A stretch of DNA of 55,068 bases, taken from NCBI GenBank assembly GCA_035703005.1, contig DASSZA010000125.1:1-55068 (forward strand). Reading direction: 5' to 3'. Below are positions 1 to 8,538 of the stretch, piece after piece. The stretch is from Candidatus Limnocylindrales bacterium. GTDB lineage: Bacteria; Chloroflexota; Limnocylindria; Limnocylindrales; CSP1-4. Positions within the stretch are counted from its first letter, which is position 1; each line of letters opens with the position of its first letter. The translations under genes were made by a program, and so were the position numbers. A model generated the notes under the pieces. The model was given only the letters and a program-made list of their open reading frames with translations, did no database searches and had not been told where the DNA came from.

Positions 1-707
1 ACATCGAAGCGGACGACCGCCCGGACCCGCTCGACCCCATCCCGCCAGCCGTGGACGTACATGTTCTCGAACGGCTTCCCGCCTCGCTCGAGCGACCGGA
101 GCTCGAGCACGACGGTCGCATCACGGAGCGCGACGTCGTCGGGCCACGGCTCGGCGAACTCGAATGTGCCGATGCTCCACACGCCATTGGGGATCGACCC
201 CTCGCCGATGTCGACCTCCTGCTCTCCCTGGCGATCGATCGGGATCGACAGCGACGCGACGCGGATCGGCGACGCCGCCCGCTTCGCAGAGGACTCCAAC
301 GCCGGGATCGGGCTGGATCCCTCCGGCACATCGCGGTACCCGTCGATCGCGGAACGGAGCTGGAGCCGCGGATCGTCGAGGCAAGCCGCCTCGTGGAGGA
401 CGCCGCCGCAGATCTCCTTGTCGTGGATGGACCCATCGCGAAGGGCGATCCGGACGCGGATGTGCCACCCGGCGCTGAGATGGACGCCGCCCGGCGGCGC
501 GTCCGGGACGATCGCGACGGCCGTCACGTCATCGCGGTCCTTGCCGATGTCGGCCGCCACGATGTCGGTCATCGCGTCACAGCGCGCGACGCTGTAGACG
601 ACCGCGCACGGCTTCGGCTGCTTCGATTCCGTCGCCATCGGCAGCACCGAGCACGCGCTGGCGAGGAACGCGGCGACGGCCGTCGTGGTGAGGAGCCGGC
701 GGATCAC
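1..707 (-). CDS. Putative lipoprotein, unknown function; 3' end cut by window edge (absent from ORF track because no stop lies in the window)
   Basis: Own translation of minus strand from GTG 705-707: VIRRLLTTTAVAAFLASACSVLPMATESKQ... = signal peptide plus lipobox LASAC; G/C-rich third positions; GTGA start/stop overlap with upstream gene ending at 704. Confidence 0.6.
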   Translation of the reverse strand, partial: MIRRLLTTTAVAAFLASACSVLPMATESKQPKPCAVVYSVARCDAMTDIVAADIGKDRDDVTAVAIVPDAPPGGVHLSAGWHIRVRIALRDGSIHDKEICGGVLHEAACLDDPRLQLRSAIDGYRDVPEGSSPIPALESSAKRAASPIRVASLSIPIDRQGEQEVDIGEGSIPNGVWSIGTFEFAEPWPDDVALRDATVVLELRSLERGGKPFENMYVHGWRDGVERVRAVVRFD

Positions 708-1318
708 CGCAACCCGACGCTCGCGAGCTCTGCCTTCACGAGGCGATCGAACCGGCCGGCGGCGTAGTCCCCGAACGGATCGGGGGTGTGCTCGAGCAGC
801 TCAGGATAGGAGAGCCGGTTGATCGCCCGGGTTGCCAGCTCGCGTTGCAATGTGGCCGTGGATACGTCGACCGGCGCGCGGCGGATCGCGCGATGCGCGG
901 CGCGGACATTGGCCAGCCGCTCTGCTCGCCACGGGATGTACCGCAACAGCCACGGGACGAGGAACACCGCGACCACCAGGATCGCGAGCAGTCGCGCGAT
1001 GAGGATCAGCAGCGACTCCAGCTCGCCACCGACGTACTGGAACGGCTCGCCCGCCGTTTCGAACGTCCGTCGGGCGACATCGTCGATGCCGGCCCCGACC
1101 AGCGGCAGACCCTTGAGCGCGTTGCCGAGCTGCGCGCCGGCGGCCTCGATGTTCTCGCCGCCGCCGCGGAGGACGCGGCCGGCCTCGGCGAACTGCGCGA
1201 TCGCGTCGTGGATGCGCAGGCCGACGAGCGCCCAGAACGCGACCCACAGCCATGTCGAGACGTCAGCGAGCATCTCGCGGAAGCGTGCCGACGGGACCTC
1301 GCTATAGAACTTGAGCAT
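704..1318 (-). CDS. Membrane protein, unknown function (two TM helices flanking a Gly/Ala-rich loop)
   Basis: ORF 704..1399 trimmed to ATG 1316-1318 (MLKFYSEV...) with GGAGGAG 3 nt upstream; hydrophobic segments WLWVAFWALVGL and LLILIARLLAILVVAVFLVPWLL. Confidence 0.6.
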   Translation of the reverse strand: MLKFYSEVPSARFREMLADVSTWLWVAFWALVGLRIHDAIAQFAEAGRVLRGGGENIEAAGAQLGNALKGLPLVGAGIDDVARRTFETAGEPFQYVGGELESLLILIARLLAILVVAVFLVPWLLRYIPWRAERLANVRAAHRAIRRAPVDVSTATLQRELATRAINRLSYPELLEHTPDPFGDYAAGRFDRLVKAELASVGLR

Positions 1319-1359
1319 CGACTCCTCCCTACCGGGGCGCGTCTGGGTCGCGCTGGATG

Positions 1360-1487
1360 TCACATCCGGAAGACCAGAACCGTATCGGACCAGCGCCATC
1401 GAATATCGAACACGACCCTGGCGTACGTGCCCCAGAGATGCGCTCGCGCCTCGCGAGCCGTACTACATCCGGAAGACCCCGAACCGT
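1360..1487. repeat. Dispersed direct repeat ACATCCGGAAGACC(n1-2)GAACCGT, two copies 103 bp apart
   Basis: 1362-1383 and 1465-1487; the second copy is the last codons plus stop of the MCC-beta gene (FGVFRM*). Confidence 0.8.
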
Positions 1488-3061
1488 GTCTCGGGGATCG
1501 GGGCATGCAGCGCCGCAGCGAGACCGAGCGACAGGACCCGGCGGGTATCGGCCGGATCGATGACGCCGTCGTCCCACAGGCGCGCCGTCGCGAAATACGG
1601 CGACCCCTCGCGCTCGTACGTCTCGAGGATCGGTGCTTCGAAGGCGTCGCGCGCCGCGTCATCGGGGAAGTCCCCACGGACCGTCGAGAGGACGCGGGCC
1701 GCCTGCTGGCCGCCCATCACCGAGATGCGCGCATTCGGCCAGGACCACAGGAAGCGTGGCTGATACGCCCGTCCGGCCATCGCGTAATTCCCCGCACCGA
1801 ACGAGCCGCCGATGAGGATCGTGAACTTGGGTACTTCAGCGGAGGCAACCGCCGTGACGAGCTTCGCGCCGTCCTTCGCGATCCCGGCCTCCTCGTACTC
1901 GCGGCCGACCATGAAGCCCGTGATGTTCTGGAGGAACACCAGCGGGATCCGTCGCTGGCAGGCGAGCTCGATGAAGTGCGCCCCCTTGAGCGACGACTGG
2001 CTGAAGAGGATGCCGTCGTTCGCGATGATGCCGACCGGGTAGCCATCGATGTGGGCGAAGCCCGTGACGAGGGTCTCGCCGTAGAGCGGCTTGAACTCGT
2101 GCAAGCGTGACCCGTCGATAAGCCGCGCGATGATCTCGCGGACGGGCACCGGTCGGCGGGGATCCGCGGAGACCGAGCCATACAGGCCTGTCGGATCGAC
2201 CGATGGAGCCTCCGGTTCGCGGCGGTCCCACGGCAGCGATGGCGCCTTCCGGTTGAGGTTCGCGACGATCGACCGGCCGAGCGCGAGCGCATGCTCGTCG
2301 TCGAGCGCCTCGTGGTCGGCTACGCCGGAGCGTCGGGTATGGACATCGGCGCCGCCCAGTTCCTCCGCTGACACATCCTCGCCGGTCGCTGCCTTCACCA
2401 GCGGTGGACCACCGAGGAAGATCGTGCCCGTGCCTTTCACGATGACCGTCTCGTCGCTCATCGCCGGCACATACGCGCCGCCGGCCGTGCAGGAGCCCAT
2501 CACGAGCGCGACCTGCGGGATCCCGGCCGCCGACATCCGGGCCTGGTTGTAGAAGATCCGTCCGAAGTGGTCGCGGTCCGGGAAGACATCGGCCTGCAAC
2601 GGGAGGAACGCTCCGCCGCTGTCGACGAGATAGATGCAGGGGAGCCGGTTCTCGAGGGCGATCTCCTGTGCTCGCAGGTGTTTCTTGACCGTCATCGGGT
2701 AGTACGTGCCGCCCTTGACCGTCGCGTCATTGGCGACGATCACGCAGGTCGTGCCTTCGACCTGCCCGATGCCCGTGACGATCCCGGCCCCGGGCGCGTC
2801 GTCGTCGTACAGGCCGTTGGCGGCGAGCGGGCTCAGCTCGAGGAACGGGGAACCGGGATCCAGCAAGCGGTCGATGCGCTCACGGACCGGGAGCTTGCCG
2901 CGGTCGCGGTGGCGCTGGATCGAGGCGTCGTCGCCGCCGGCGCCCCGATCGGCGAGCTCCGACTGGTGCCGCCGCAGCTCGTCGACGAGCGCCGCCATCA
3001 CGTCGTGGTTCGCGCGCGTCTCGGCAGCGGCGGGGTCCAGCCGACTGCGCAGCACGGGCAT
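1463..3061 (-). CDS. Methylcrotonyl-CoA carboxylase beta subunit-like carboxyltransferase (acyl-CoA carboxylase beta chain)
   Basis: 532 aa; long colinear motif runs typical of MCC beta: [98 protein letters not shown]. Confidence 0.9.
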   Translation of the reverse strand: MPVLRSRLDPAAAETRANHDVMAALVDELRRHQSELADRGAGGDDASIQRHRDRGKLPVRERIDRLLDPGSPFLELSPLAANGLYDDDAPGAGIVTGIGQVEGTTCVIVANDATVKGGTYYPMTVKKHLRAQEIALENRLPCIYLVDSGGAFLPLQADVFPDRDHFGRIFYNQARMSAAGIPQVALVMGSCTAGGAYVPAMSDETVIVKGTGTIFLGGPPLVKAATGEDVSAEELGGADVHTRRSGVADHEALDDEHALALGRSIVANLNRKAPSLPWDRREPEAPSVDPTGLYGSVSADPRRPVPVREIIARLIDGSRLHEFKPLYGETLVTGFAHIDGYPVGIIANDGILFSQSSLKGAHFIELACQRRIPLVFLQNITGFMVGREYEEAGIAKDGAKLVTAVASAEVPKFTILIGGSFGAGNYAMAGRAYQPRFLWSWPNARISVMGGQQAARVLSTVRGDFPDDAARDAFEAPILETYEREGSPYFATARLWDDGVIDPADTRRVLSLGLAAALHAPIPETRFGVFRM

Positions 3062-3068
3062 GGCGCCG

Positions 3069-3074
3069 ATGATA
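3069..3074 (-). promoter_or_regulatory. -10 box TATCAT, 7 nt before ATG 3061 (leaderless MCC-beta gene)
   Basis: Minus strand reads TATCAT-cggcgcc-ATG; no SD. Confidence 0.4.
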
Positions 3075-3091
3075 GGTCGACAGCCCTCGGT

Positions 3092-4027
3092 CTAAGGGGT
3101 CGTGGCGAAGACGTCGTCGAGCGCCGCGTCGAGGGTCTCGTAGCGGAACTCGTAGCCGAGTTCGTCACGTGCCCGCGCCGGCGCGACGCGTCGAGAGCCG
3201 AGCAGCAGCACCGCCTGTTCACCCAGCACGATCTTCAGTAGCCGCGCTGGCGTCGGGAACCAGATCGGTCGATGGACGCGCCGACCGACGGCACGGACGA
3301 AGTCGATCTGGCGAACGGCGCCCGGGCTCGTGACGTCGAGGATGCCGTCGACGCCGTCGATCGCGCGACGGAAGAGCGCGACCGCGTCATCGATGTGGAC
3401 CCAGCTCATCCACTGCTGACCCGAGCCGAGGCGGCCGCCGAAGAGGAGGCGGACCGGCAGCGCGAGGTACCACACGAGCTCGGCGTCTCTGGCGAGGACG
3501 TGGCCTTGTCGCAGCTTTGCGACACGAACGCCGAGGCCCTCGGCCCGGGTCGCCTCGTCTTCGACGGTCTTGGACACGCGCGCGAGGAACTCGTCGCCCA
3601 TCGGGCTCGACTCCGTCCAGGGCGCCGGGTCATCGCCTTGTGGTGACTCGGGATAGGCATCGATACCCGACACGACCACGAGGCTCTTCGGCCGTCGGTC
3701 GGCGGGCAGTCGCGCCAGCGCATCGACGATCGCGTGGACCGCGTCGCGCCGGCTCCCGGTGATCGTCGCCTTTCGGCGACGCGTCCAACGCAGCGGCGCG
3801 ACGCGCGCTCCGGCGACACACACGACCGAGTCGAACCCATCGATCGAACGGGCGAGGCCGTCGACATCGTCCTTCGACCACGCGGCGATCCGCGCTGGCG
3901 GACGAACGCTCTTCGCCCTCGCGGACGGGTTCCGCGAGAGGACCAGGACCTCGTGACCGTCCTCGGTGAGCGAGCGCGTCAGCGCCCGGCCCACCAGTCC
4001 GGAACCTCCTACGATCGCAACCTTCAT
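3092..4027 (-). CDS. TIGR01777-type epimerase family protein (SDR Rossmann domain plus DUF1731-like C-terminus)
   Basis: ORF 3092..4435 trimmed to in-frame ATG 4025-4027 (MKVAIVGGSGLVGRAL = GxxGxxG); AAGGA Shine-Dalgarno upstream; upstream 136 codons are Arg-rich with no homology. Confidence 0.8.
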   Translation of the reverse strand: MKVAIVGGSGLVGRALTRSLTEDGHEVLVLSRNPSARAKSVRPPARIAAWSKDDVDGLARSIDGFDSVVCVAGARVAPLRWTRRRKATITGSRRDAVHAIVDALARLPADRRPKSLVVVSGIDAYPESPQGDDPAPWTESSPMGDEFLARVSKTVEDEATRAEGLGVRVAKLRQGHVLARDAELVWYLALPVRLLFGGRLGSGQQWMSWVHIDDAVALFRRAIDGVDGILDVTSPGAVRQIDFVRAVGRRVHRPIWFPTPARLLKIVLGEQAVLLLGSRRVAPARARDELGYEFRYETLDAALDDVFATTP

Positions 4028-4028
4028 C

Positions 4029-4048
4029 GGATGTCCTTGGATGTCCTT
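4029..4048. repeat. Perfect 10-bp tandem duplication GGATGTCCTT x2 (AAGGACATCC x2 on the coding strand of the epimerase gene)
   Basis: 4029-4038 and 4039-4048, ending 1 nt upstream of ATG 4027; each copy carries an AAGGA SD-like core. Confidence 0.9.
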
Positions 4049-4081
4049 CGAGATAAGCGTGCTACTCTTGTATAGCAAGTT

Positions 4082-4846
4082 ATGGCCGAAAAACTCGCTA
4101 CTGTCAAGGCGCAGGAAACTATCGACGGCGATACGACCGGCGGTGGTAGTTCGACCGCGGAATCGATCCGTCTGGAGCTGGCCGATGCCTGGGGCGAGAT
4201 GGGCGCGTCGTGGGGTGTCACCCCGGCGATCGCGCGAGTCCAGGCCTATCTGATGGCGCGCCAGGAACCACTGACGGAGCGCGAGGTGCGCGAGGCGCTC
4301 GGACTGTCGCACCGCGCAGCGAGCCTCGCGCTCGCCGAGGCCGAGAACTGGGGACTCGTCCAGCGCGTGTCCGAGCCGCGGCGGGTCGGCCGTCGGGGAC
4401 CCGCAGGCACGGCGTTCCTCGCCGTCAACGACCACTGGCAGTGGTTCGGGCGCGTGATCGCGGAGCGCAAGCTGCGGGAGGGCGATCCTATCGTCGCGGT
4501 CCTCGAGCAGAAGGCGAAGGAGGCCGCGGAGGCGTCGGCGGCGGATCCGGACGACGCCGAGCTTGCCGCGCTCAAGGACTGGCTGACGTCGTTCGTGGCG
4601 TTCGTTCGGTTGTTCGACCGGGCGGTCGGGCTCGTGCCGCAGCTCGAACCACGCGAGCTGGAGCGCGCGCTGCGATTGCTCGACCGCGTGCCCGACGCGA
4701 CCGTTTTGCGCCTGTTCGATCTGCTGGACGGCCTCGACGACGGCGACGTCCTCGAGCTCGTCGAGGCGGTGTCTCGCCTCTCACCCTCGGCCGCGCGTCG
4801 TGCGACGAAGCTGATGTCCGGCGTCGTCCGGACCGTCGCGCACTAG
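4082..4846 (+). CDS. GbsR/MarR-family winged-helix transcriptional regulator
   Basis: 254 aa; WGEMGASWGVTPAIARVQAYLMARQEPLTEREVREALGLSHRAASLALAEAENWGLVQRV... followed by IAERKLREGDP matches GbsR-type (COG1510) layout; divergent from epimerase gene. Confidence 0.75.
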   Translation: MAEKLATVKAQETIDGDTTGGGSSTAESIRLELADAWGEMGASWGVTPAIARVQAYLMARQEPLTEREVREALGLSHRAASLALAEAENWGLVQRVSEPRRVGRRGPAGTAFLAVNDHWQWFGRVIAERKLREGDPIVAVLEQKAKEAAEASAADPDDAELAALKDWLTSFVAFVRLFDRAVGLVPQLEPRELERALRLLDRVPDATVLRLFDLLDGLDDGDVLELVEAVSRLSPSAARRATKLMSGVVRTVAH

Positions 4847-4852
4847 CTGGCG

Positions 4853-5362
4853 GTGACCGACCCCCGCGTTGATCGCCCGCACATCCCGGGCTACGGGATC
4901 CCGACGTCGACCGAGGGCGTGCTGCCGTGGTCATGGGCGGTCCAGCGGCTGGAGCGGGCCGAGATCTACTGGCTCGCGACGGCGTCGTCCTCCGGTGTTC
5001 CGCACATGATCCCGATCTGGGGCGCATGGGTCGACGGCCACTGGTACGTGGAGGGCGGGCCGACCCGCTGGCAGCGCAACCTGCGCGAGAACCCGAAGCT
5101 GGCGATCCATGTCGAGGGAACCGGCTCCGGCGTATCGGGCGCCGAGGTGGTCATCGTCGAGGGGAGCGCCGTCGAGCTGACTGCGCCCCCATCGCCGCTG
5201 TCGGATCGGATCCTGGCGGGCTACGCGAAGTACAAGCCCGGGTACGAGGCGTCCGCGGACCACTGGTCGCAGGGCGGGCTGTGGGAGCTGCATCCGACCA
5301 AGGCGTTCGCGTGGACGACGTTCCCCGACGACATGACGCGGTTCACCTTCTCGGGGGAGTAG
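4853..5362 (+). CDS. Pyridoxamine 5'-phosphate oxidase (PPOX)-fold family protein
   Basis: 169 aa, GTG start 6 nt after regulator stop; YWLATASSSGVPHMIPIWGAWVDG...NLRENPKLAIHVE pattern typical of PPOX/F420-binding split-barrel proteins. Confidence 0.65.
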   Translation: MTDPRVDRPHIPGYGIPTSTEGVLPWSWAVQRLERAEIYWLATASSSGVPHMIPIWGAWVDGHWYVEGGPTRWQRNLRENPKLAIHVEGTGSGVSGAEVVIVEGSAVELTAPPSPLSDRILAGYAKYKPGYEASADHWSQGGLWELHPTKAFAWTTFPDDMTRFTFSGE

Positions 5363-5380
5363 GGCCTGCGCTCGTACATC

Positions 5381-5435
5381 GTCGACCCACCGGGTCGACC
5401 CACCGGATAGACCCACCGGATAGACCCACCGGATA
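5381..5435. repeat. Tandem 13-bp repeat, about 4.2 copies: (GTC|ATA)GACCCACCGG
   Basis: GACCCACCGG at 5384, 5397, 5410 and 5423; spacers GTC, GTC, ATA, ATA, then ATA. Confidence 0.9.
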
Positions 5436-5818
5436 TCAGTGAGGGCGATGGTGGGCGGGCTGGATCGGGTCGTTTCTTTGCCCCGCATATCGCCGCCGCC
5501 GCTGGGTGGCGTCATCTCCGGTGGAACCACGACGTCGATCGTCGCGAACATCAGCGTGGACGGTGCTACGTGCGAGACCGACACGTGGTGGACGCGAACC
5601 TGTCGCAGACATCAGCCACAGCGATGATCGCGACGAAAATGAGCCTCGGTGGGGAGTTTCGTGAGCTCCCGGTTCGCGTACGACCGCTCGGGCTGATATT
5701 CGCGACAGCCCGCACATCAGCGGACGAGGCGATCGCGCCCGGAACCGGTCCATTCGAGTCCAGAGCGCGCAGCGCGGGCCAGCCACGCACACCGCTTGGG
5801 CGCGCACGGACCTCATGC

Positions 5819-5824
5819 GATAAT
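5819..5824 (+). promoter_or_regulatory. Possible -10 GATAAT about 80 nt upstream of pdxS
   Basis: Only TATAAT-like hexamer in the pdxS upstream region. Confidence 0.25.
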
Positions 5825-5905
5825 CGGAACGCGCGCGAGACGCCTTCCGGAGAGTCCTCCGAACGCCCGCCGTGCTGTCCGAACCATGAGGAACCCATAG
5901 CTCAG

Positions 5906-6793
5906 ATGACCGTCGAAACCTCCACCTGGGCGACGAAGAAGGGTCTCGCCCAGATGCTCAAGGGCGGCGTCATCATGGACGTCGTCACTGCCGAGCAGGC
6001 GAAGATCGCCGAGGACGCTGGCGCCGTCGCCGTGATGGCGCTCGAGCGTGTCCCCGCCGACATCCGCAAGGCCGGCGGCGTCGCGCGCATGTCTGACCCG
6101 CAGATGATCACCGGGATCATGGACGCCGTGACGATCCCGGTCATGGCCAAGGCCCGGATCGGCCACTTCGTCGAGGCGCAGGTCCTCGAGGCGCTCGGCG
6201 TCGACTACATCGACGAGTCCGAGGTCCTGACCCCGGCCGACGAGAACAACCACATCGACAAGCACGCGTTCAAGGTCCCGTTCGTGTGCGGCTGCCGGAA
6301 CCTCGGCGAGGCCCTCCGCCGGATCAACGAAGGCGCGGCGATGATGCGGACCAAGGGCGAGGCCGGCACCGGCAACATCGTCGAGGCCGTTCGCCAGCTG
6401 CGGGACGTGAACAGGGAGATCCGTCGGCTGCAGAACGCGCGCGAGGACGAGCTGTTCGTGGCGGCCAAGGAGCTGCAGGCGCCATACGAGCTCGTAAAGG
6501 ACGTCGCCGAGAACGGCAAGCTCCCGGTCGTCAACTTCGTTGCCGGTGGGATCTCGACCCCGGCTGACGCCGCGCTCGTGATGCAGCTCGGCGCGGAGGG
6601 TGTGTTCGTCGGCTCGGGCATCTTCAAGAGCGAGGATCCGGCCCGGATGGCGAACGCCATCGTCCAGGCGACCACGTTCTTCGACGACGCCAAGAAGATC
6701 GCCGAGGTCTCCAAGGGTCTTGGCGCCCCGATGCGCGGCATCGCTCTCGAGGAGATCCCGGAGCAGGAGCGCCTGGCCGTCCGCGGCTGGTAG
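5906..6793 (+). CDS. pdxS: Pyridoxal 5'-phosphate synthase lyase subunit PdxS
   Basis: ORF 5570..6793 trimmed to ATG 5906 ([54 protein letters not shown]...); GAGGAA upstream; near full-length PdxS motifs. Confidence 0.95.
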   Translation: MTVETSTWATKKGLAQMLKGGVIMDVVTAEQAKIAEDAGAVAVMALERVPADIRKAGGVARMSDPQMITGIMDAVTIPVMAKARIGHFVEAQVLEALGVDYIDESEVLTPADENNHIDKHAFKVPFVCGCRNLGEALRRINEGAAMMRTKGEAGTGNIVEAVRQLRDVNREIRRLQNAREDELFVAAKELQAPYELVKDVAENGKLPVVNFVAGGISTPADAALVMQLGAEGVFVGSGIFKSEDPARMANAIVQATTFFDDAKKIAEVSKGLGAPMRGIALEEIPEQERLAVRGW

Positions 6794-6812
6794 ACGTTTC
6801 TCGTCCCCGCGC

Positions 6813-6818
6813 TACGCT
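6813..6818 (+). promoter_or_regulatory. Possible internal -10 TACGCT, 6 nt before pdxT GTG
   Basis: TACGCT-gccttc-GTG in the 31-nt pdxS-pdxT gap. Confidence 0.25.
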
Positions 6819-6824
6819 GCCTTC

Positions 6825-7460
6825 GTGAAGATCGGTGTACTCGCCCTCCAGGGCGCATTCCGTGAGCATCTCGACACGCTCGACGCCATCGGGGTCGAGG
6901 GCGTCCGCGTGCGCGAGCCGGCCGACCTCGAGGGCGTCAGCGGACTGATCCTGCCCGGCGGTGAGAGCACCACGATGCGCCAGCTGCTCGAGCGCTGGGG
7001 CCTGCGTGGACCGATCCTCGATCTGGCCCGGTCCGGCGCTCCGATCTTCGGCACGTGTGCCGGGATGATCATCCTCGCCCGAGACATCTCCGGGGGCGAG
7101 CAGCCGATCCTGCCGCTGCTCGACGTTCGCGTCGAGCGCAATGCCTTCGGGCGTCAGCTCGACTCGTTCGAGGCCGATCTGTCGGTCGATGTCCTCGGCT
7201 CGACGCCGGTGCACGCCGTCTTCATCCGTGCGCCGGTCATCGACGCGACCGGCCCCGACGTCGACGTCCTCGCGCGTCTCGACGACGGGCGCATCGTCGC
7301 CGTCCGTGAGCGGAACGTGCTCGCGACCTCGTTCCATCCCGAGCTAGCCGGCGAGACGCGCTTCCACCGCCTCCTCGCGACGATGGCCGCGGAGCATGAT
7401 GACCCGGGCGAGGGGTCAGGGCGTCGACCACATCCGACCCGCCGCGCCCAGACCAGATGA
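6825..7460 (+). CDS. pdxT: PLP synthase glutaminase subunit PdxT
   Basis: ORF 6600..7460 trimmed to GTG 6825 (VKIGVLALQGAFREH...GLILPGGESTT...FGTCAGMIIL...SFHPE); class I glutaminase triad context. Confidence 0.9.
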   Translation: MKIGVLALQGAFREHLDTLDAIGVEGVRVREPADLEGVSGLILPGGESTTMRQLLERWGLRGPILDLARSGAPIFGTCAGMIILARDISGGEQPILPLLDVRVERNAFGRQLDSFEADLSVDVLGSTPVHAVFIRAPVIDATGPDVDVLARLDDGRIVAVRERNVLATSFHPELAGETRFHRLLATMAAEHDDPGEGSGRRPHPTRRAQTR

Positions 7461-8518
7461 CCGTCGCACGTACCAGGAAGCAGGGCAAGGTCCGACCCGC
7501 GCGCCTCACCGATCTCGCGGCGCTCGGCGAGTTGTCGCGCCTGTGCCAGACCGACGACTCGGGCGCCCGGTCGCTCGGGCTTCCGGTGAGCGGGCCGCCG
7601 ATCGGCGTCTTCAGCCTCTTCCGGCTGCCGCTCGGAGCGTTTCGTCCGAACGACCTCATGTACGTCTACGAGGAGGGCGGGCGCATCGCCGGCCTGATCC
7701 GCGTCGAACGTGAATCCACGCGCGACGAGTGGACGATCGTCGAGCTCGACGGCGTCGGCATGGCGGACGCGGGGGACATCCGCTATCGGCTCGTCAACCA
7801 GCTGCTACGCGAGGGCGCGAAGCGCGGCGCCGCGCGCTTCCACGTGGCGTGCGCCGACGTCGATGGGAACGTCGAGCTGATGATGCAGGCCGGCTTCATC
7901 CGGTACGGCGAGGAGCAGATCATGTTCCGGCCGGACGGGGAACTGCCCAAACCGTGGTCGGACAAGGCGACCGCAGCGGCGCGCATCCGGCCCGCCGAGC
8001 AGAGCGACGCGCTTGCCCTCCACAGGTTGTACACGGCGGCAACGCCCCAGCCCGTCGCGCGGCTCGAGGCGATCCGTCTCCCTGACTGGGAACGCCAGGG
8101 CAACCACTGGCGCGTCCCCCGGTCGAGCCTGGCGCCGATCCTCCGCTTCGCCGATATCGAGGCGTTCGTGCAGGAGGCGCCGGGCGGCGGGAAGGACGGG
8201 ACCGCGCTCGACGGTTTCCTGCAGGTCGGCGTGGCCAAGGAGGACCAGCCGCATTACTTGAAGGTCCTCGCAAGGCCTGACGCGGACCCGACAGCGCTCA
8301 TCGGCTTCGGACTGGGCATCATCGAGGCACGAACGACGAAGGGGAGCGAGCATCGACACGACCACGGCGTCATCGCTCCCGTGCGAACCTATGAAGGTCC
8401 GGTCGACAGTCGCCTGGAGGAAGCCGCCTTCGGAACCATCGCCAGCGTCACGCTGCTCATGAAGGAAACGCTGGTCCGCGTTGCCGAGCCCGCGCTCGTG
8501 CCCGCGGGCGTGCGTTAG
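7457..8518 (+). CDS. GNAT-family N-acetyltransferase-like protein (apparent tandem GNAT fold)
   Basis: 353 aa; ATGA overlap with pdxT; RIAGLIRVE...WTIVELDGV...RYRLVNQLLREGAKRGAARFHV...NVELMMQAGF resembles acetyl-CoA binding core. Confidence 0.55.
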   Translation: MTVARTRKQGKVRPARLTDLAALGELSRLCQTDDSGARSLGLPVSGPPIGVFSLFRLPLGAFRPNDLMYVYEEGGRIAGLIRVERESTRDEWTIVELDGVGMADAGDIRYRLVNQLLREGAKRGAARFHVACADVDGNVELMMQAGFIRYGEEQIMFRPDGELPKPWSDKATAAARIRPAEQSDALALHRLYTAATPQPVARLEAIRLPDWERQGNHWRVPRSSLAPILRFADIEAFVQEAPGGGKDGTALDGFLQVGVAKEDQPHYLKVLARPDADPTALIGFGLGIIEARTTKGSEHRHDHGVIAPVRTYEGPVDSRLEEAAFGTIASVTLLMKETLVRVAEPALVPAGVR

Positions 8519-8538
8519 CCGTGGGACAGGAGGCGTCT

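Noticed and set aside
4028-4435. N-terminal extension of the epimerase-family ORF (track 3092..4435). Similar extensions occur at 24427-24744, 27649-27957, 36943-38250, 5570-5905 and 12744-12977.
   Set aside because: The extensions overlap divergent genes or intergenic DNA and lack homology. Internal starts are supported by SD sites, -10 boxes or start/stop overlaps, and they place Rossmann or signal-peptide motifs at the N-terminus.
5381-5435. Possible CRISPR array
   Set aside because: The units are 13 bp and directly abutting, with no spacers, and there are no cas genes. It is a simple tandem repeat.
5439-5627. Ser/Thr/Cys-rich 62-aa ORF as a RiPP precursor
   Set aside because: Its third-position GC is only moderate. 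There is no SD or -10 box and no lanthipeptide, thiopeptide or lasso modification genes nearby. It is mentioned only within the gap finding.
5782-5900. SRP (4.5S) RNA-like CCGGAAGG element on the minus strand, or another housekeeping RNA
   Set aside because: The flanking sequence lacks the conserved GGAAGCAGCC domain IV context, and I could recognise no tRNA T-loop (GGTTCGAATCC-like) or other RNA signature.
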